Source of the DNA: Ginkgo biloba
Lineage: Eukaryota; Plantae; Ginkgophyta
DNA length: 16,405 nucleotides
Assembly: GCA_024626585.2 (NCBI GenBank)
Contig: JANKJI020000002.1
Coordinates: 14,287,692-14,304,096, forward strand
Direction of reading: 5' to 3'
Positions 1 to 10,165 of this stretch are shown in pieces. The notes under the pieces are model-generated. The model was not told the origin of the DNA and did no database searches. It saw only the letters and a list, made by a program, of their open reading frames with translations. Made by a program: the position numbers and the translations under genes. Positions within the stretch are counted from its first letter, which is position 1, and every line of letters starts with the position of its first letter.

Positions 1-346
1 AAATATTAGATGAAAGAACAAGAAGGCTGAGGAATGGGGACATAAAAGAGTACTTGGTAGAATGGTCCAACAAACCCATAGTTTGATGTTGCCATGGTTC
101 GAAGTTGCGTGTTAAGAGGGCAAGTGTAGACGAAATTTGCCAATGGTTTTACGTATTGGGACTAGGTGACTAATAATCAGAACTCGGTATTTGTATTATT
201 ATTTTGTATGTGTAGGTGCCATATTCTTTTATATTTAGTGTATACACCATACGCACATACCTTTCTATTTAATGTCTTAAAAAAGGCATTCTATCTACCC
301 ATCTGACATTGATTCTCTCTTTTAAATTATGCACATCTCATTTGTG

Positions 347-589
347 CATGCCCACATACATGTGTGCGCGTTCACATACACACATGTATGTATGCAAATA
401 TGAGCTTGTGCACATAGACGTGATATTATTTGATGTTAATAAATCATTCTCAACTCCTAGAATACAATCTAATGTCGAAATAAAAGGCTATGGATAGAAT
501 TAGTTAGGATTATTATGTCTAAAAGAAATTAACCATGGGGTTTGCGTGCCATAGATCTGTATTTGAGTGTGTGCATGCATGTGGGCATG
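347..589. repeat. Degenerate inverted repeat (arms ~347-398 and ~541-589), possible decayed MITE/foldback in the intron
   Basis: catgcccacatacatg (347-362) matches the reverse complement of catgcatgtgggcatg (574-589) at 15/16. Similarity continues inward (tcacataca vs tcaaataca; tatgcaaa vs cacgcaaa). The arms are low-complexity alternating purine-pyrimidine sequence. Confidence 0.35.
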
Positions 590-2439
590 TTTACTTACTA
601 AAAGGGATCACTTATTCTTTCCCTGGACCTGCAAAAAGGTAAGGTCAGCCCTTGTATGCCCAAATTTGACCTTTGGCTGATCTGACCATCCAGTTTGACC
701 TATGTTGCAATAACTGCCTAATCATCTCTCAACGAGCATTCTAGGCCCTTTTGAGCCAACCTTTAAAGCTACACAAGGACCTGAGGCTACTGATGGTTTT
801 TGGGTCAAATCACAATTTAATTTTACTTTCCTCTGTTTCCTCCTTGGAAATGTATTGAATTGATTGAAGCTGAAGCATGTACTCTTCAGGAAGAGCTTGA
901 AGGAGCCAGAAACCCTTCAGCTGCTTGAACAGTTAGGGTCATGAGAGAAAGGTTACCATTTGACAGAGTTTCTCATAATTGTCTTTCAAAATTGGCCCAA
1001 GCAAACACTACAGTTGCAGAACTTATGAATGGAATGAGCTTCATTATGGATGACCTCCTTAGGGTCCATAGAGGGGCTTTTAAAGATTGGAAAATCAAGT
1101 CTGCCTGAGCAATGCCTAACAATAGTTATGTCAATTTTCTCAAGTAGTCTCAAATTTGCTTAGCACTACTTTTGGTATGCAAGAGTTGGAGGGTATTGTC
1201 TCAATAGATCACCAACTCAATACAAGAGTTGTACCCCATGGTGCAAGCAAAACAGTTTAGCAGTTGAGTGCAAATATGGTATCCCAACCACATTGGATGC
1301 TAGACATCCTTTCTTATTTCGGTCAGATATTACTACAATTAAATAGTTTTCAGAAGATATCATCAAGTACGTACTCATTAGGAAGGGTCCATGGGAAGCA
1401 CGAGTCATCAAGAGGACAATAAAACTGCTCAAAAAATGCACAGTTGGAGGAATCAGATGCTTCCCTGGAAGGATATCATGAAGGATTTCATGGAAATGAA
1501 GGTGAATCTCCCCACCTTCTCTAAGATTTCTAGCTTTTGATTGGTTTGAAGTATGATGTACTGTTGTATTTTGAATAATAATGGCAAGAGGTGGAGCCCA
1601 ATGTCCTTAAAGTCAAAATAGGTAGATAGGACTAGAACCGAATAGTTGGCTTAGATCACTGTTGTGATGCAAGGTAGATGCACTAAGAAAGAAGAAATCA
1701 TAAGCTAGTCAATTTTAACAATATAACCAAAAAGTTTGTAAGTTTCCCAGAAAAGGTAAACAGTCAATCATGAATGCTGATGATAATTGCATCGTTGTTT
1801 GTGTGCTGAAAAAGGCACCCAGATGAGAAATAGACATGAAACCAATGGCAGCTGGTTCTTCCAGAATGATGCGATAGTTCAAATATGTGGGTACACCCAA
1901 CAGAGTATTGAATATTCTGCCAATTGCCTCAATAAACGCATGCAGAACTGACAGATGCCAACATCACCTTACCTCTCTGAAATTATATGAGTTCAAAGTT
2001 GGGGGGACCAGACATTCAGGTGTAAAAAAACTTTGGTTTTTTGTAAAATTGGCCCTTCAGTGGAAACGTTTTCATTTGGTTTAAAACAAAAAAGAAAGCC
2101 AGTGGAATTTTGTGGGAGTGTAATGGATTTGTTTCGAGCACATAGGCTTTGCCTTCACCTGACAGGAAGGTGAAAACATTACATCACGCTATTCTAATAT
2201 TATGATTTGTGTCTCCATCATCATGTTTTACCTGTGTCTTCAGTTCTTGAATCTCATCTCTACTTTTGAATTCCTTCTATTCCATGACTGAAAGTTTACC
2301 AAAGATTATTTATTCAGACTTTTTAAGGACTTTTGAAAAGTTTCTTCGACTTTGAAGAAAGATTAGGTCTCTTATGATTTGGGATTTCTTTGCTTCATTT
2401 TGCTGATGGAAAATTTTCCTGTTGTATTTGGTCTAGATT

Positions 2440-2482
2440 TCCCTATATGTCATCTTCTGAAGTCTGTGTACATGTGCTGCAG
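2440..2482 (+). promoter_or_regulatory. 3' splice acceptor (TGCAG, AG at 2481-2482), phase 0
   Basis: Plant-consensus TGCAG| preceded by T-rich intronic sequence. Protein homology begins exactly at 2483 (att gca cgc = IAR). Confidence 0.85.
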
Positions 2483-2734
2483 ATTGCACGCAATATGACA
2501 ACCAATGAGATGGCAAATGCTATGCGTTATAGCTATCTGAAAGGTCCCGATGGCCGCTTTTGGAACCCTTATAATCATGGTTTTCGAAAGAATTGTACTG
2601 ATTTCCTCATCCATGGACATACTGAGGATGTGGAGGTTGCTTGGCAGCCATTGCAGCAAAATGGAATGGTTCAGATGATACATGATTCAGCATCTCCACA
2701 TACAGGCAGCTCTACAAACAGTGTAAAATTATAA
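2483..2734 (+). CDS. PAT24: Probable terminal coding exon of an ankyrin-repeat DHHC protein S-acyltransferase (PAT24/TIP1-PAT23 family), 83 aa + TAA
   Basis: Translation [65 protein letters not shown]... It contains the DHHC-PAT TTxE motif and the NPY..G..KNC.DF (PaCCT-type) motif and closely resembles the Arabidopsis TIP1/PAT24 and PAT23 C-termini as I recall them. PAT24 vs PAT23 is uncertain: [14 protein letters not shown] and GM.QM are PAT24-like, while IARN and GPDGRF.NPYNHG are PAT23-like. The ORF-track start at 2390 is intronic. Confidence 0.9.
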   Translation: MARNMTTNEMANAMRYSYLKGPDGRFWNPYNHGFRKNCTDFLIHGHTEDVEVAWQPLQQNGMVQMIHDSASPHTGSSTNSVKL

Positions 2735-4649
2735 GCTTGAATTTCTGTTGATTTCAAATTCAGAAGAGCCAGAAGTTTGTGTTCACTCTTTTCAATGTAA
2801 CCACAATTAGAATCAACAGTCCCTTTGGGCAACCTCAGGGCAAGTTAAATCTGCAGGTACACATGATGATATTCATGCCATTATGTTGGAAAGTTAATTC
2901 AGTCATTATATCTGGGGTTTTCTTTTAATTTTAATTGTAATTGTTGCTCTGGTCCATACTTTATGGGTGTGGCCTACTGTTGAGTCATCTAAACCCATTA
3001 CATTCCTTTTCACTTTAAACAATTGTGACTTGTGAAAGTTCATATTATGTGGCATGTACAAGTATGGACCCTTCAATTTTGATCTTGGATTCTCCTCTCC
3101 TGTTGTAAGTTTTCTCTTGTAAAGGTTTATTTTCATTAGATGGAAAGATTACATACAAATCTACTATAAATAGAAAAAGAAGGTGAATGGAGACGCACCC
3201 AGAGCCTATTGCCAAAGAATGTACAAGAAATAGGCTTCCTGCCAACACTACAAAGGGCATAATTCAAATTATGAAATCATGATTGAAGAAAAACAGAGGA
3301 AAAGAAGGGTACCAGTCCAAGAAAAGATATTACAGCCCCAAAGGCAAAGGTGCATAAATCAAACATCAGGTCACTAGGGCCACCTACAGAGCATATTGGG
3401 AGGGGGAGGAGGAGCTGGGCGATCATTGTTATTGCCCCAATTAGAAGGCAAATAAGAAGGTTTCTGATCAATTGGGCTTTCCCGTTTGTCCTTTTACTCT
3501 TATCTCTGTTGGTCAAAGGCAGANNNNNNNNNNNNNNNNNNNNNNNNNNNNNNNNNNNNNNNNNNNNNNNNNNNNNNNNNNNNNNNNNNNNNNNNNNNNN
3601 NNNNNNNNNNNNNNNNNNNNNNNTCCCATCTAACCTTGTATTGACGGGAGTCAACTATGAAGAAGTCAGATTAAATTCTTGTAATCCTATATGAGTTCAT
3701 TATGCATTGTAACAAAATATAATTTGGGGGTTTGTTTCGATTGTATTTTTTTATTCTAATGTTCGAAACATTATGATTGAATCTTATCAAATTAGAAAAG
3801 AGTTTAAAATGTAATTAATTCAAAATTAAATTGAGATGGTTGGAACCGTCCAACTAACCAATTGTACTCATGATACAAGGGGAAATGGAGAGAGAGTGAA
3901 TATAGATTTGGAGTTTTGGAGATTGGGGAGAAATATATCACAAAGAGATTCTCAACAACCTCTTTTGGGGCTATAACTTTTGATTAATAAAATATTTTTT
4001 TATGTTGTCATTGTTGTGTTCATTTGCCATTGTGAATCCCTGTTTGGCTTTGCCATTTTCACTATTGGATTTTCTTTCTTCTTAGGGTCTAAGGGTTTGG
4101 CCATTTCTTCCATTTATAATTTTCTCTTGGAGGTGAGGCGAAGAATCTATTGGATTCAGGACAATAATAGGGAAGATTTGTATGATCCCAACAACCCACT
4201 CTTTTGGGTTCCTCCTTTTATTCATGCTTTGCGTCAACATTTTGTTTGCATTCTTGTTCTTGTTTAACGTTTTTCTCTTTGCCTTTGTTTTTTGTGGCTA
4301 ACAAATTCAGAATTTGCTCTTTTGATCCATGAAGATGTTATTTTTGCAGCACTCCAGGTGATAGAGAACTGTCGTTCCAAGAGTCCCTGGTTCTTTTGTC
4401 ACATGCAAATTAGAAGCCTATGTAGGAGCCAACCTCCTCGCCTAGACGTTTAACCACTGCAATGATGAGGAAATATCCCCCAAGACAAAATCTATTAAAT
4501 GGAAAAATCGAAGTTTGGAGATGTAATGCACACATTAGTTCTATCTTTCCTAGTTTCGGAGATGCCTTATCCATTGGGTAATACTTGGCACAAAGGGGTT
4601 GCATAGAAGGAATGTCTAAAGTGGTATCATTAACACTTAGTGTTTGGAT

Positions 4650-4670
4650 GAAGGAGAAGAAGAAGAAGAA
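4650..4670 (+). repeat. (GAA)n microsatellite
   Basis: gaa gga gaa gaa gaa gaa gaa; perfect (GAA)5 at 4656-4670. Confidence 0.8.
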
Positions 4671-5868
4671 AACCCCCTATCCATAACCTATCATTTATCT
4701 TCTACTTCCATCTTATTTTCTACTTCTCATATGTCCCTCCCATACCATATCGATCTTATATCCATCTCTTGTCCCTACTTTGATCTTACAATATTCAATA
4801 CTACTCTTCATAATTCATTTCTTTTTAAAATATTTAAGTTGTTCCCTTATCATTCATTTTTTATTAGTAAATAGATTTATGAGGGTAAAATATATGCCTT
4901 AAATGTAATGGGAACTAATGTAGAAGGAAAACATCAACTAGTAGAGAATTATCATTACAAACTTAATAAGAAGGGAAACTATTAGGGAAAGATTGTTATA
5001 AATCTCTTTGTATTGATTTTATTCTCCAACATTANNNNNNNNNNNNNNNNNNNNNNNNNNNNNNNNNNNNNNNNNNNNNNNNNNNNNNNNNNNNNNNNNN
5101 NNNNNNNNNNNNNNNNNNNNNNNNNNNNNNNNNNNNNNNNNNNNNNNNNNNNNNNNNNNNNNNNNNNNNNNNNNNNNNNNNNNNNNNNNNNNNNNNNNNN
5201 NNNNNNNNNNNNNNNNNNNNNNNNNNNNNNNNNNNNNNNNNNNNNNNNNNNNNNNNNNNNNNNNNNNNNNNNNNNNNNNNNNNNNNNNNNNNNNNNNNNN
5301 NNNNNNNNNNNNNNNNNNNNNNNNNNNNNNNNNNNNNNNNNNNNNNNNNNNNNNNNNNNNNNNNNNNNNNNNNNNNNNNNNNNNNNNNNNNNNNNNNNNN
5401 NNNNNNNNNNNNNNNNNNNNNNNNNNNNNNNNNNNNNNNNNNNNNNNNNNNNNNNNNNNNNNNNNNNNNNNNNNNNNNNNNNNNNNNNNNNNNNNNNNNN
5501 NNNNNNNNNNNNNNNNNNNNNNNNNNNNNNNNNNNNNNNNNNNNNNNNNNNNNNNNNNNNNNNNNNNNNNNNNNNNNNNNNNNNNNNNNNNNNNNNNNNN
5601 NNNNNNNNNNNNNNNNNNNNNNNNNNNNNNNNNNNNNNNNNNNNNNNNNNNNNNNNNNNNNNNNNNNNNNNNNNNNNNNNNNNNNNNNNNNNNNNNNNNN
5701 NNNNNNNNNNNNNNNNNNNNNNNNNNNNNNNNNNNNNNNNNNNNNNNNNNNNNNNNNNNNNNNNNNNNNNNNNNNNNNNNNNNNNNNNNNNNNNNNNNNN
5801 NNNNNNNNNNNNNNNNNNNNNNNNNNNNNNNNNNNNNNNNNNNNNNNNNNNNNNNNNNNNNNNNNNNN

Positions 5869-7510
5869 CATGTTTACCCAAATGAATTCAACTAGTTCTG
5901 CCCTTACTTCTACTATGCATATAGTATTGGGTTTGTTCCCATTGTATCTTGGAGTCATAAGCTTGATTGCAGGTTGATATACACTTTAGAGCGTTGTTTA
6001 TAGTACTTTCCTCCTTGTATAGGGTCAAGGAGTCATTGTGAAAATACCCATTAACTAACTATTATCTTTGCTTAGAGGGTGGCATGATTGCATGGATCCT
6101 TTCCTACTTGACCCTATGGGCAAGTAGAAAATCAGTGCCATTAGTTGCAAGCATATAGAGAGCATAAGTAGGGCAATGACTTTGCCTAAGAGATATATGA
6201 AGGTCTATTTGGTTAATTCTAGCACCATTTATTCTTAGACAAGTAGATACATCTCCAAACAAAGTCTTGATAATTCGTTATGAAATAGTTTCTAAAATCA
6301 AGAGCAAAAAGCATTATAGTAATGAAAAATGCCATTCAATTCTATCATAAGCCTTTTAAAAAAGAAAGCGTCTTGAACATAAATTTCAGAGGCTACATAC
6401 CTACTCGAACAATAATAAAATGATTTAAAGTGCACCTTCCCTTAATGAAGCATGTTTGTATGGGCATAACGATTACAGGATTTAACAAGAATTTAAGAAT
6501 AATGATAAGGAACAAATATTTAAAATTTTTTGAGGGATTTAACAAGAATTTTGTNNNNNNNNNNNNNNNNNNNNNNNNNNNNNNNNNNNNNNNNNNNNNN
6601 NNNNNNNNNNNNNNNNNNNNNNNNNNNNNNNNNNNNNNNNNNNNNNNNNNNNNNNNNNNNNNNNNNNNNNNNNNNNNNNNNNNNNNNNNNNNNNNNTAGG
6701 AATTAAGAAGATTAGGACAAATAAAATAACAAGTAGATATATAAAACTCACAAGAGAAGCCATCTAAACTAGGAGACTTCTCATCATTCATTTTCACTAG
6801 GGCATCATTTACATCTTCATCTAAATCTTGCGAACAAAAGGTCTATCACAAGGTGTTCCATTTGCTTGGCTAGTTTGAGTTAGACAACTTCTTAACGAGT
6901 TTGGATCAACCTTATTCTCTTCTCTATTATTCCTTGGGAGTGGAAGACTTAAATATAATGGTTAGTGTATGTGTTGGTTGTGGCAGGTTGAGAGGTGTGC
7001 CTACATTCATTTGCCTTGATAGCATGGATTTGGTTAGACGTATGTTATGAACTAAGTGCTTGTAAGAAATATTCACAACACCTATCACCCACTTTTAACG
7101 AATGGAGTCATATTATTAAGTATGGTTGCTTGCACAAGGGAAGCAATTCTCTTTGCAAAGTTTCACTAGAAGGAGATGCCTCCAAAACTTACCTAGCTAT
7201 AACAAGGTCTGCAGAAATGGCTCTACCAACTTTTCTATTGATGACAAGAAGTTGCCTAACGAATTCTCACAAGAAGAGGCATAATGGAGATACTTCAGGA
7301 CCTCCATTCGATCCATCTTTGCTCCCCCTTTGCTTCGACACTAGATTCCAATTTCTTTAGATGGTTTTAGATAAGGAAGAGCAAAGTGAGAGCTATTATG
7401 CTTGAAAGCAAAAGGATGCCTTGGCATTTTAGCATCACCCAATAGATAAAGAATGGATTGGATGATGTTGAGAAAACGTTGCATCAATAATCACTTACAT
7501 CAATCTAGCA
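5869..7510 (-). mobile_element. Decayed L1-clade LINE A, ORF2: endonuclease C-terminus, linker and reverse transcriptase
   Basis: Minus-strand motifs in canonical order: FSQHHPI (SDH.PI; 7476-7456), KVGDRCCEYF (from 7095), ALVKMNDEKSPSLDGFSCEFY (KSPGPDG; ~6803-6741), QTCFIKGR, KAYDRIEWHF (from 6355), CLRING..SLRQSHCP (RQGCP), LVNGYFHNDS (FADD; 6043-6032), SKIQWEQT. Many stops and frameshifts. Confidence 0.92.
6478..6551. repeat. 17-bp direct repeat (ggatttaacaagaattt) flanking a 40-bp AT-rich insert within the LINE A RT
   Basis: Exact copies at 6478-6494 and 6535-6551, period 57 bp. They duplicate KFLLNP in the minus-strand translation. Confidence 0.85.
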
Positions 7511-7789
7511 NNNNNNNNNNNNNNNNNNNNNNNNNNNNNNNNNNNNNNNNNNNNNNNNNNNNNNNNNNNNNNNNNNNNNNNNNNNNNNNNNNNNNNNNNN
7601 NNNNNNNNNNTTCAAATGTAGGCTCTAGTTCATTCCTTAAGTCCCTCTTGTCCCTTAAATTAGGGTGCCTTATTTTGGGAATTTTCTTAAGCCTATTTGT
7701 CCCTTATTTTAACTTTTATTAAGGGATATTTAGCACGGGGCCTAGTTAAGGCCATAAATGGGATTTTTAAGCTTTATTGTGTATTTATA

Positions 7790-8740
7790 CAGCATAAACT
7801 CTACATAGAAGGGAACATAAATTAATTAGGAAAATATTAAATCATGAGGGTATATGCTTAGTGAATTATTAAAATATCATCTAAGATACCACAAGGTATT
7901 TTAATAATTTCCTCTCAGCTCTAAGATAATCTTCTATGGTTAAAAAGGATCAAATGTTAGAGGTTGTCCCTAAATTGGTCACAAAGCACTACAATATGTA
8001 ACTATGAAAAGAGATTGTCATGGAAAAATTTAAAGATGTATGTTTCAAGTTTAATAAGGAAAAACCCCCATATCCTAATGGTTTTCAAGAAAATTTTATC
8101 ACATTACATGCAACATAGTTAAATAGGACCTATTGCAAGTAGTGGAGGAATATAGGAAGTCAGGTTGCATCTTCCTTTCCTTAATTTCAAAAAATAGGAA
8201 TGCTACTAGTTGGGAGAGATTCATACAAATATCCTTATGTAATACGATGTATAAAATTATCTCCAAACTCATCTCCATAAGATGAATAATAATTCTTCCT
8301 TATATTATTTTAGAAGAACAAAGTGGATCCATGTCTAGTAAACAAATAGGACATGATGTCATTATCTTTGAGGAAGCAATGCATTTAGTGAAAATAAGAA
8401 AAGACATGTCTTTTATTCTTGAAGTTTTGGAAAAAATTGGATTTAATAATTAGTGGATCAATTGGGTAAAGGTGTGTATATATAACGTTAGATTTGTAAT
8501 ATTAATAAATGTATAGTCATCTAATTTTTTATTTTGTTGTGGGTTTGAGATAGGGTTGCCCACTATCCCTAGTATTTATATTATTCTTGAAAATGTATTG
8601 AGTAGAACCTTATCAAATTTAAAAAGCAAATGACTCATGAAGGGAGTATCAATAATAGAAGGTTGTAAGATTTTTTCTCATCTTCAATTCACTAATGATA
8701 TAGCCCATATGAGAGAAGATTCAATCTACAAAGTTAAAAT
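7790..8740 (+). mobile_element. Decayed L1-clade LINE B, internal ORF2/RT fragment (5'- and 3'-truncated)
   Basis: Plus-strand TLHRREHKLIRKI..G, YFNNFL, VPKLV, EKPPYPNGF (KAPGPDGF), DLLQVVEEYRKSG, ISLCNTMYKIISK (8229-8267), EEQSG, WINWVKVCI, GLR*GCPLS (8542-8568), SHLQFTND (FADD; 8676-8699). Confidence 0.92.
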
Positions 8741-8744
8741 TTTA

Positions 8745-9587
8745 AACATTTGCAATGTCTACAAAGTACTATCTAAGTTGGAAATGACCAATACTAATAT
8801 ATTTGTGGAATCATTGCCATAGGGAACAATATTTGTTTTAGGAGATAGGGCACTCAACATGTTCTCCCCCAATGTTTTTCATGAAGAGAAAAGGTAAGGT
8901 CCCAAAGAAATACGATCTAGACCACCGTCTTAAGCATGAAACTTACCAACTTGACCTTTTTGCAGGCAAACACACATCATGCTTATTCTTTCGCCTTGTG
9001 CTTAGTACAAGGCCTCTAACACTCAAATTGTTTGGTAATCATTGCAAACTTTTTCATACTCCATAACCATCTAAATCACTACTAGTAGGTTCTTTCTTAT
9101 CATAATTAGTATTATTGCCCACGTCCTTGTCCTCTTCCAAGAGAGGTGAGAATTGGTTGGATTTACTAATTGATTTTCTTTTTGGAGATGAAATCATCTA
9201 AAGTGACTTGTTTATAGGGGGTTTTAAAATCAAGTGTGGCTTTGGTGAGCCAAAAACACAAACTCTTGGATAGAAGTAGAGCCTTGGCTATCCAGTAGTG
9301 TCCATTGTATTGGTTTTTCACTTGAGCCTTTGTGTTAAGCCTCTACTTAAGAGCAATTGCATATATGACCTTTGCACAAACTAGTTTGTTATTCCTCATG
9401 AGATGGTTGACCGACATCATCGTGTCATTTTCTAAAGTTGCATTCTTTTTACTAGTCGTAATGCTTCATGATGGGTCTTTTTCCTCCTCTTAACTATTCT
9501 TAGGAGTAGTTCCCCTACTTGGTTTCTTTAGGAACTTGGAGCACTATAGCTTTATTAAGTGATAGTCTTTTATCTTACATGCAGTAT
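8745..9587 (-). mobile_element. 5' part of a minus-strand LINE (probably LINE A): ORF2 endonuclease N-terminus (ATG 9042) and ORF1 3' region
   Basis: Minus strand: ATG at 9042-9040, then LSVRGL (NVRGL; 9026-9009), D..CLQ.VK (CLQE; 8968-8960), LSPK..IVPYGND..LVLVI..DIANV* (G.D..WV..NVYA; ends 8745). Upstream are SNQFSPLLEE (9161-9141, an ORF1-type N.F..L motif) and a degraded zinc-knuckle-like ACKIKDYHLIKL*C next to the 9588 gap. Confidence 0.7.
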
Positions 9588-10003
9588 NNNNNNNNNNNNN
9601 NNNNNNNNNNNNNNNNNNNNNNNNNNNNNNNNNNNNNNNNNNNNNNNNNNNNNNNNNNNNNNNNNNNNNNNNNNNNNNNNNNNNNTATAGAATGATGCTC
9701 GAAGATGATCCAAACATTTAATAATTGTCTAATTGTTTCCCTATGATTAGTTATGGGATTACTTGATGACGGGGTTTAATTTATCCCCATCATTGGCTTT
9801 GTTTTTCGAGCCCTTTTGCATTTCTAGCACAATCTATTCAGGTATTTCATCCATCTTTGTCATTGATTGGTGACTGATAGAGCACAGAGAGGCCTTTGAG
9901 CTTTTGGGTTCTTTTTGGGATGGAATTGTGAAGAAAAGGAGGTACTTGGTCCTTGCGAAGGTTACTTGAACATCAGGTGTAAGACAATAATAGTTGTTGG
10001 TAA

Positions 10004-10136
10004 AAGGTACTTGCACATNNNNNNNNNNNNNNNNNNNNNNNNNNNNNNNNNNNNNNNNNNNNNNNNNNNNNNNNNNNNNNNNNNNNNNNNNNNNNNNNNN
10101 NNNNNNNNNNNNNNNNNNGCCAATTGCAAGTACCTT
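10004..10136. repeat. 12-bp perfect inverted repeat flanking an assembly gap
   Basis: aaggtacttgca (10004-10015) and tgcaagtacctt (10125-10136) lie either side of N 10019-10118. Confidence 0.6.
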
Positions 10137-10151
10137 GTTTATTGCAAAATG

Positions 10152-10165
10152 AAAAAAAAAAAAAA
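10152..10165 (+). repeat. Poly(A)14 tract
   Basis: 14 consecutive A. Confidence 0.8.

Larger units (their letters stand above)
1..2482 (+). other. 3' part of a long intron of the PAT24/PAT23-family gene (upstream exons lie outside the window)
   Basis: Ends in ...catgtgctgcAG directly before the conserved IARN exon. I found no sequence encoding the expected upstream DHHC/TM segment (ending ...VQASQ-like) in 1-2482. Inference from the exon structure. Confidence 0.65.

Noticed and set aside
1290-1545. hAT dimerisation-domain-like LDARH...LPTFSKIS
   Set aside because: Short resemblance only, with no conserved W/ERxFS motifs.
2390-2482. N-terminal part of the 114-aa ORF as coding sequence
   Set aside because: Non-ATG start, T-rich, no homology before the TGCAG acceptor; it is intron read-through.
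2706-2763. Small intron that would skip the PAT stop codon
   Set aside because: Needs a weak GC donor with a 58-nt intron, or a GT donor with a 43-nt intron; both are implausibly short or weak. A stop at 2808 would still precede VPLG.
3960-4620. Possible LINE ORF1 or gag remnant on the minus strand (CAKYYP.., KRLGEEVG, NRFF, K-rich)
   Set aside because: Motifs are too weak and inconsistent to assign without a search. The hydrophobic plus-strand ORF 3980-4267 reflects T-richness.
4621-4630. gtggtatca as a tRNA-Met PBS
   Set aside because: Only 8 nt match, not followed by GAGC and not preceded by an LTR CA end.
4982-5958. Three ~300-aa ORFs in the ORF track
   Set aside because: Almost entirely N-gap (5035-5868); artefacts. 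The same applies to other X-containing ORFs except where LINE motifs are noted.
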